Source: a virus
Lineage: Duplodnaviria; Heunggongvirae; Uroviricota; Caudoviricetes
DNA length: 21,415 nt
IMG/VR virus record: IMGVR_UViG_2778261463_000013
Span: 1 to 21,415 of that record
Direction: 5' to 3' (one strand)
Of this stretch, positions 16,041 to 21,415 are shown piece by piece (the stretch's first letter is position 1; each line of letters opens with the position of its first letter). The position numbers were made by a program, and so were the translations under genes. Under the pieces are notes generated by a model. That model searched no databases. It worked only from the letters and a program-made list of their open reading frames with translations, and was not told where the DNA came from.

Positions 16041-16595
16041 TCAGTCCGGTAGCAGTTCGCAAAGCACGGTGTCAGCGGCGGTATATCGTGCGTAAAGCCG
16101 GGCGAGGACCCATCTTTTAAGGGATATCCCGGTCGTGTCCCGGATGTACTTTCTGATTTCGCTGAATGTCATCCCCTGTTCATCGCGCAGTTCAGTTACC
16201 AACTCCACCAGGTGATCGCTGTATCTGGCTCTGTGGTGGAGTTCCCCGTATTTCCTGAACCGGTACCCTCTTTTTCTCAGGTTCAGTCCCACCGTGGATG
16301 TCGAGCGCCCCAGTTCATTCGCGAGTTCCCGGATGGTTTTTGTGTGGCGATTCCTGATGAGCGTGTTGAGTTCTTTTGTATTCAGGGGGGGGTGTTTGGT
16401 GTGGATAACCCCCTGAGAGAGCAAAAGACGGATGCGGCTTCGTATTGCTGGCCCGGTTCTCTGAAAGTGTTTTGTCAGTTCTGGTACGGTGTGGGAGGGG
16501 TATAAACCGACCAGTAGAGCATCTTCCTGTTGTGTCCAGGCTCTGACATGCTTCGGTGGTACACCTGATACACCCATAGGTTTAAGTGCGGGCAT
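16041..16595 (-). CDS. Predicted DNA-binding protein with three HTH-like segments (184 aa)
   Basis: ATG at 16595 with GGAGA SD; segments ...TVPELTKHFQRTGPAIRSRIR..., ...TIRELANELGRSTSTVGLNLRKRG..., ...TFSEIRKYIRDTTGISLKRWV... fit HTH patterns, reminiscent of paired HTH domains of transposase N-termini or GcrA/Myb-like regulators. Confidence 0.55.
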   Translation of the reverse strand: MPALKPMGVSGVPPKHVRAWTQQEDALLVGLYPSHTVPELTKHFQRTGPAIRSRIRLLLSQGVIHTKHPPLNTKELNTLIRNRHTKTIRELANELGRSTSTVGLNLRKRGYRFRKYGELHHRARYSDHLVELVTELRDEQGMTFSEIRKYIRDTTGISLKRWVLARLYARYTAADTVLCELLPD

Positions 16596-16829
16596 AGTTG
16601 TTCTCCGTTGTTCTGTTTTGTGTCGGGGTAATGGTCCGGTTTTTTCGCCTTCAACCGGAAAAGAAGGGCGTGTTAGCATTGATGAATCCGCCGTTCAGTG
16701 GATCTGGCGGACACTTTGTTCAACACGCCCGGGGGTAAAGATGTCTGGCTGCAAAAATTCCACGAGCCAGGTTACCCTGCACTCTGCGCTGATTAGGGGC
16801 AGAGCGATGACGATGAGGGATAAAACACC

Positions 16830-17312
16830 ATGCAAAACAACCAACGTAAAAAATCGAGAGAACGGGATGAGGTCATGTTCCGTCTCTGGTACAGCTACTG
16901 GCTGGAGCGCATCGCGGCGGTGTTCAATCGTCGCCTTGATGCGATCATCAACATTTTGATCCTTGCGGCGGGTGCGTTCATCGTAGCCGGCTGGCATTTC
17001 GGCTGGGTGCTGGGGGCAGTGGTGGTGGTTCTCGGAGCCTGTAATTTCATATGTCGTTTCGGGCAACGTGCGCAGGCGGCGAGTGAGCATGCCCATCGCT
17101 ACAATGAGTTGATTACCAAAAGCGCCCTCCTCAGTACGGAAGCTCTGCTGGCACGCCTTCCAGAGCTTGAGATGCATGACTCTCCTGTCCTGGAATGCAT
17201 GGAAAATGTGGCGTACAACAAAGCCTGTATGTCTCTGAATATCAGTCATCGTGAATCTCTCTCTTTCGCTGAAAAGATGATGGCTGCCATTACGATCGGT
17301 TTGTCCCGATAA
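16830..17312 (+). CDS. Hypothetical membrane protein (160 aa), lone plus-strand gene inside the minus-strand early region
   Basis: GAGGGA SD upstream of the ATG at 16830; hydrophobic stretch IINILILAAGAFIVAGWHFGWVLGAVVVVLGA; overlapping minus-strand 211-aa ORF judged spurious. Confidence 0.5.
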   Translation: MQNNQRKKSRERDEVMFRLWYSYWLERIAAVFNRRLDAIINILILAAGAFIVAGWHFGWVLGAVVVVLGACNFICRFGQRAQAASEHAHRYNELITKSALLSTEALLARLPELEMHDSPVLECMENVAYNKACMSLNISHRESLSFAEKMMAAITIGLSR

Positions 17313-17351
17313 GTGCCCTGCGTGTGTCATCTGACGCTCGCCATGTTCCCG

Positions 17352-17564
17352 TCAGTCGTTCGGGTTTATGACGTAATCCACGACGTTTTCCACGCGGCGG
17401 CGTAATTCCCTGTGTATCTGGCCTGGTGTTGCTGGTTCGCCCGGTTGCCCCAGGCCTGCCACAAAATCGTCGATTTCACTCATAAGCAGGTTGCGCATTA
17501 CGGCGATATGGTGACGCGCCTCTTTGCCTGGTCTGCGTGCGTTGGTATCGTGTTTGCTGCTCAT
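17352..17564 (-). CDS. Hypothetical protein (70 aa)
   Basis: ATG at 17564 overlaps the upstream stop (ATGA); GAGG SD upstream. Confidence 0.45.
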   Translation of the reverse strand: MSSKHDTNARRPGKEARHHIAVMRNLLMSEIDDFVAGLGQPGEPATPGQIHRELRRRVENVVDYVINPND

Positions 17565-17770
17565 GTTCTTACCTCGCTTATTATCTCGAGTTCGCGCCAT
17601 GACTCTGTCAGGACGGTTATCTGTGACCCGTCCGTCAGGTGGACGTAAATCAGTTCGTCACCTGCCGGGCATCGGGTGGTGGTGGCTATGACACTGCTTT
17701 CCACTTCGTATTCCATCCCGGATGTATCGGTAAAAAGCGTTTTATTGCGTCTTCTCAGAATTGCAGTCAT
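17561..17770 (-). CDS. Hypothetical protein (69 aa)
   Basis: GAGGG SD 8 nt upstream of the ATG at 17770. Confidence 0.5.
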   Translation of the reverse strand: MTAILRRRNKTLFTDTSGMEYEVESSVIATTTRCPAGDELIYVHLTDGSQITVLTESWRELEIISEVRT

Positions 17771-17780
17771 GGTGTGGCCC

Positions 17781-18074
17781 TCAGTGCATTCGTGATGACG
17801 TGCCAGCCTCAGTGCTCTGAAGCTGACGTCTGAGGTTTTTCAGCTCCTGAGCCAGCCTGATGTTTTCTTCCCGGAACTCAGAAAGCGCCTGCACGGCAAG
17901 GGCGATGGCTATCGCTTCTGTCTGGTGCATCATGGCTAATAATATTTCTTCCGGATGTTCCATTAATTCACGGCTTAGTTTGTTTTTTTTCTTAATTAAT
18001 TTGTTTGTGCCTTCGATTATTTTGTTGACCTGTTCACTGTTATCAATGATTCGGTTTTTTTTATTATTAAGCAT
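17781..18074 (-). CDS. Hypothetical protein (97 aa), Lys/Asn-rich N-terminus, coiled-coil-like, in a markedly AT-rich segment
   Basis: Strong AAGGAGA SD 8 nt upstream of the ATG at 18074; local AT-richness at 17940-18070. Confidence 0.55.
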   Translation of the reverse strand: MLNNKKNRIIDNSEQVNKIIEGTNKLIKKKNKLSRELMEHPEEILLAMMHQTEAIAIALAVQALSEFREENIRLAQELKNLRRQLQSTEAGTSSRMH

Positions 18075-18154
18075 TCCTGATTTCTCCTTTTTGAGCGGGT
18101 CAACCCCTCCGCGTGAGCGGATGTTTCTGGTTGTTTCTGGTGTTAAACGCCTGT

Positions 18155-18280
18155 TTATTTACGGCGCTTATCGCCAGTAAATAACGATTCAATGGTGTTA
18201 ATGCTGTTAATTACCCGCATAATCCCCACAGCGTAAATAATGGCAAGGATAAGAATTAACCATGACATAAATACGCTCAT
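18155..18280 (-). CDS. Small hydrophobic peptide (41 aa), single predicted TM helix with basic C-terminal tail, translationally coupled to the upstream gene
   Basis: ATG at 18278-18280 overlaps the stop of the 80-aa gene (ATGA); translation MSVFMSWLILILAIIYAVGIMRVINSINTIESLFTGDKRRK; below the ORF-track size cut-off. Confidence 0.35.
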   Translation of the reverse strand: MSVFMSWLILILAIIYAVGIMRVINSINTIESLFTGDKRRK

Positions 18281-18519
18281 GCTTCCTCCTGAATTACAAA
18301 GGGGGTTATTACGTTTCCTTCAGACAGGTCTTTATTAATGGCCTGTAATTCCGTCAGAGCTTCATTATCTCCGGAACCAAAGGCGCAACAGGTCAGGCCC
18401 TTGATTGCTGTAGTCAGTGCTGCAAGTGAAACAGCGTCACCGTTAGTGCCACGGCTTGTAAGTCCGTAATGGTAATTCTGAAGCGCGTGGTTAATGAGTT
18501 CTTTATAGGCTCTTTTCAT
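18277..18519 (-). CDS. Hypothetical protein (80 aa)
   Basis: AGAGG SD 8 nt upstream of the ATG at 18519. Confidence 0.5.
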   Translation of the reverse strand: MKRAYKELINHALQNYHYGLTSRGTNGDAVSLAALTTAIKGLTCCAFGSGDNEALTELQAINKDLSEGNVITPFVIQEEA

Positions 18520-18557
18520 CTTGCTGCCTCTTCTGTCTTATTAAGACTCCTTTTGCC

Positions 18558-18896
18558 TTAGTAGTCGGTATGCTGAAAGCTGCGCCCCTCGATTAAGCGG
18601 TCGGCAGTTCGCAAGGCTTCGTGCAGTGTGAAATCCTGTCCGAACTGATTGTCGCCGCTGCTCAGTGCAAAAATGCGGTTTCCGGTAAACGGATTGCGGT
18701 GGCATCTGTGGATCACGAGTCCGGCCTGCTCAATCAGCCAGGTGTGTTGACCAGTCTGTTTTACAGCATGACCGCCCGGTGTTGCGTGTGTCTCGCTCAG
18801 GCTGTAGCGGGAGTTACTACGTGATGCACTGGTAGCGAAACGGTTAGCGTGACGTTCAGCACCATTACGAAAGCGTGAATTACGTTGCTGTTTCAT
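18558..18896 (-). CDS. Hypothetical protein (112 aa)
   Basis: ORF in operon orientation; weak SD. Confidence 0.45.
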   Translation of the reverse strand: MKQQRNSRFRNGAERHANRFATSASRSNSRYSLSETHATPGGHAVKQTGQHTWLIEQAGLVIHRCHRNPFTGNRIFALSSGDNQFGQDFTLHEALRTADRLIEGRSFQHTDY

Positions 18897-18920
18897 GTTA
18901 AAGACTCTGTACAGATTTAA

Positions 18921-19004
18921 TTATTCCGGCATAGCGGCGAACTCAAAATATTTGCGATTAAATCGCATCGCATTGTGTTCACGTTTTGCGGACTGCTGGT
19001 TCAT
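18921..19004 (-). CDS. Possible 27-aa basic peptide with strong SD
   Basis: GGAGG SD 9 nt upstream of the ATG at 19004; translation MNQQSAKREHNAMRFNRKYFEFAAMPE; very short, could be chance. Confidence 0.2.
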   Translation of the reverse strand: MNQQSAKREHNAMRFNRKYFEFAAMPE

Positions 19005-19147
19005 TTTCGTTTGCCTCCGCACATGAGAATTACGCCGCTTAAGAGGTAACCGAAGTTAATTGATAGTATTACAATTAACATAAGGTCCAATTTGTCCATG
19101 CCACACATAATTACCCTCATTGCAGTAGTTGTGGTTTATCAGGTTTC

Positions 19148-19354
19148 TCACCCGATAAACCAGATAACAAACGCTATAAACATCGCCCCAATAGCTGCCG
19201 GGAAAAGTCCTTTGGTATAAGCGGCGATATATTCAATGCTGAGTTCAATAAAGCGTTCTTCATGTCCCGTTAACTTACGAAACAAATAGATCGCTATTAC
19301 GCCTATCTCAATAAAAACAAGTGTCAGAATGGCGCTGATGATATTGCTGGTCAT
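19148..19354 (-). CDS. Small membrane protein (68 aa, two predicted TM segments)
   Basis: Hydrophobic segments IISAILTLVFIEIGVIAIYLF and AAIGAMFIAFVIWFIG; begins 8 nt after the Cox-like stop. Confidence 0.45.
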   Translation of the reverse strand: MTSNIISAILTLVFIEIGVIAIYLFRKLTGHEERFIELSIEYIAAYTKGLFPAAIGAMFIAFVIWFIG

Positions 19355-19362
19355 TTTCGTGT

Positions 19363-19884
19363 TTAGCCGGGCTGGTTGTTTTTGAGTTGCTCCAGTTTTG
19401 AAACTCTGGGGGAGTAAACCTGCTTACCTTTAACGGTCTGGCAGTCCTCCTTGTTTGCCGGTGAAAACTTTCTTTTCTTGCGGTCGTACGTCCAGTAGCT
19501 TTTCCAGTTGTGCCACTCTGGCGGTTCGCACTCCAGTAGTTCGTCGGCTAGTTCGTCCCAGGCTTTGGCGTTAAACCACCATGTACCGTCTGACTTTTCA
19601 TCTTCGGGATTTGAGCGCGTTTTGTGACCCGGCATCTGCCCGCGCTGAATGGCGGCGCGTAGCGCAGATTTTGTTACCCCCAGATAGGCAGCCCCTTTTT
19701 CCAGTGACACAAGTCCTGCGACTGGGCCGTCCAGTCGTAGGGTTGCGCCCTTTTTGTAGGACGGTCTGGTTTTGGTTTCCAGGTGTTCGTTGTCGTTGGC
19801 AGCTTCAATGAATTCATTGTCCGCGCCATCATCCTGAACCGGTTGAGCGCCAGATAACTCTTTGTCGGCAATAATCTCCCGCAT
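19363..19884 (-). CDS. Cox/AlpA-like excisionase-family HTH protein with extended termini (173 aa), divergent from C
   Basis: AGAGGA SD 8 nt upstream of the ATG at 19884; central region ...AYLGVTKSALRAAIQRGQMPG...GTWWFNAKAWDEL resembles the P2 Cox / AlpA HTH pattern; position as in P2. Confidence 0.55.
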   Translation of the reverse strand: MREIIADKELSGAQPVQDDGADNEFIEAANDNEHLETKTRPSYKKGATLRLDGPVAGLVSLEKGAAYLGVTKSALRAAIQRGQMPGHKTRSNPEDEKSDGTWWFNAKAWDELADELLECEPPEWHNWKSYWTYDRKKRKFSPANKEDCQTVKGKQVYSPRVSKLEQLKNNQPG

Positions 19885-19920
19885 TTGTTATCCTCTTGCA
19901 TTGGTGCGCTTGTTGCGCCT

Positions 19921-19964
19921 TTTGATGATTTTTGATGACTTGTAAAGATAACCGTACGGTTATC
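19921..19964. promoter_or_regulatory. Lysis-lysogeny switch operator region: direct repeats TTTGATGA x2 (10-bp phased) and perfect 18-bp palindrome GATAACCGTACGGTTATC
   Basis: Read directly in the 103-bp intergenic region between divergent Cox-like and C genes; P2 C binds directly repeated operator half-sites (established knowledge). Confidence 0.5.
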
Positions 19965-19987
19965 TTTTGTAGGAGATTAATCCCCAA

Positions 19988-20329
19988 ATGAGTATCTTGT
20001 CAATAGACTATGCGAAAAAGTTGCGTTTGATACGCAAGACGGAAGGGCTAACTCAAAAGCAATTTGCTGATATTACAGGGTTATCTCTGGCAACTGTCAG
20101 GAATTATGAGTCAGGGCAAAAGATCGCCAGAGCAAAGATTGTTGAGGCCGTCCTTCAAGTGGATCGGTTTGAAAAATATATGTTCTGGTTAATCAAAGAT
20201 AAGACGCTACCTGTTGCCGGTCAGATCGCCCCGGCTCTCTCTCTTGATGGCTCCACGCAGTCGGAGGACGATCAGGTTTCAACCCGCAATACCCAAAAAT
20301 CACCCCAATCAGGCCGCAATGCTGGCTGA
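19988..20329 (+). CDS. C: Immunity repressor, P2 C-like (HTH)
   Basis: 113-aa ORF, AGGAGA SD; HTH segment LTQKQFADITGLSLATVRNYESG; C-terminal GQIAPALSLDG...SPQSGRNAG resembles the P2 C C-terminus as recalled. Confidence 0.8.
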   Translation: MSILSIDYAKKLRLIRKTEGLTQKQFADITGLSLATVRNYESGQKIARAKIVEAVLQVDRFEKYMFWLIKDKTLPVAGQIAPALSLDGSTQSEDDQVSTRNTQKSPQSGRNAG

Positions 20330-20398
20330 CGCTGTATATTGAACGGGCGGCGTTCAGTAAGCAGGGGTTAACAGGTTTATCCGTCGGAGGTGCTGATC

Positions 20399-21177
20399 AT
20401 GTCGATTAAGCAACTCAAAGACGGACGTTATCAGGTTGATGTAAGGCCTCAGGGGGCGGGAGGAAGGCGGATTCGTAAGATTTTCACCCTGAAATCAAAG
20501 GCGCAGGAATTCGAAAGATACGTTCTTCAGAATTTCCACAATAACCCGTGGCAGGCAAGGCCCGCCGATCAACGGCGGTTATCAGAACTGATTGAGGTGT
20601 GGTGGATGCTTGATGGTCGTAATCAGGCATATGGTGATACCTACAGAACCAGACTGGAGAAGGTGATACGTGAAATGGGGGACCCGCGCGCCAGCCAGAT
20701 GACACGAAAATTCATGATTGAGTATCGCTCGGATAAGTTGCAGGCGGGACTGATGCCGTCCAGTATCAATCGCGACCTGTGCGCCTTATCTGCGATGTTT
20801 TCGTTGTTAATTGACGCGGAGGTTTATCATAACGAAAACCCTGTGCGCGGAATACGTAAACTCAAGGTTCAGAATACAGAAATGGCCTTTCTTTCAGATG
20901 ACGAGATTGATCGCCTTCTGAAACGGCTTGAGGGTGATGCACGACGCATTGCCATTCTGTGCCTTTCGACCGGGGCCAGATGGAAAGAGGCGTCAACGCT
21001 TCGCGGGGAACACATCGTGGGTAACAGGGTGACGTTCTTTAACACAAAGAACGGGAAATCGCGCTCGGTTCCTGTAGCTGATTCCGTTGTGCCGTTAATT
21101 AAAACCCGCCGGACCGGCCTGTTATATCAGGTTGATTATCTCAGTTTCAGGGAGATCCTTCAGGAGGTGAAGCCCGA
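20399..21177 (+). pseudogene. int: Tyrosine integrase, P2 Int-like, 3'-truncated (similarity lost after ...KPDL)
   Basis: ATG at 20399 (MSIKQLKDGRYQVDVRP...) with GGAGGTG SD; matches the P2 Int N-terminal and central pattern (...SSINRDL..., ...IAILCLSTGARW...); the C-terminal catalytic segment is missing and the frame continues into unrelated sequence. Confidence 0.8.
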
Positions 21178-21415
21178 CTTGCGCACGCTGTCGATAGCGC
21201 CATTCCAACAAAATCAGACGAAAAGGTTATCTGGAGCGCCTGTACAGTTAACTGTGGTAGTCGCTGCCCGCTACGTATGCACGTCGTGGACGGTGAAATC
21301 AAATATGTCGAAACGGACAATACCGGCGATGACAATTACGACGGCCTGCACCAGGTTCGCGCCTGCCTGCGTGGGCGTTCCATGCGTCGCCGTGTCTACA
21401 ATCCGGACCGCCTGA
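21178..21415 (+). CDS. dmsA: 5'-truncated DmsA-like molybdopterin oxidoreductase catalytic subunit, continuing beyond the window; no start codon or Tat-signal N-terminus
   Basis: Frame 1 translation ...RLAHAVDSAIPTKSDEKVIWSACTVNCGSRCPLRMHVVDGEIKYVETDNTGDDNYDGLHQVRACLRGRSMRRRVYNPDRL matches E. coli DmsA N-terminal region as recalled (Cys-rich Fe-S motif); this frame is open only back to 21136 and has no ATG. Confidence 0.7.

Noticed and set aside
16695-17330. 211-aa minus-strand ORF overlapping the membrane-protein gene
   Set aside because: Opposite-strand shadow of the better-supported plus-strand ORF (SD, clear TM segment); no SD and atypical composition.
1-21415. CRISPR array, tRNA/tmRNA genes, IS elements
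   Set aside because: No regularly spaced repeat-spacer array; no tRNA-like T-arm/acceptor pattern found by eye; no transposase ORF with terminal inverted repeats. A tRNA scan was not run.
1-21415. Additional TGT-N12-ACA matches as late promoters
   Set aside because: The bare 6-position motif is expected about five times by chance in 21 kb; only the three copies with extended inverted-repeat arms are reported.

Overview
The window is dominated by a decayed, rearranged P2-family (Peduovirus-like) prophage, inverted relative to the standard P2 map. Left to right: a structured non-coding zone with a triplicated terminator module and a duplicated small moron ORF (1-1500); ogr and D (minus); a 3'-truncated, inverted tail-sheath FI fragment driven by a TGT-N12-ACA late-promoter dyad; the head/packaging genes M, N, O (minus) and P, Q (plus) around a second late-promoter dyad; an accessory hotspot between Q and the replication gene A (the position occupied by tin/old in P2) holding a stand-alone ~236-aa unknown gene with its own repeat-bearing upstream region and a string of five small, translationally coupled unknown genes; A (HUH rolling-circle initiator); a long early region of small genes with a multi-HTH protein, a divergent membrane protein and repeat-rich non-coding DNA; a Cox-like/C-repressor switch with operator-like repeats; and a 3'-truncated integrase fused directly to a 5'-truncated dmsA. 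L, lysis genes and most tail genes are absent. All homology calls rest on recalled P2/E. coli protein sequences and on sequence features read by eye (start codons, SD sites, hairpins, repeats); no searches were run. The most interesting candidates for new biology are the Q-A hotspot genes, the HTH/membrane-protein pair inside the early region, and the small hydrophobic peptides.
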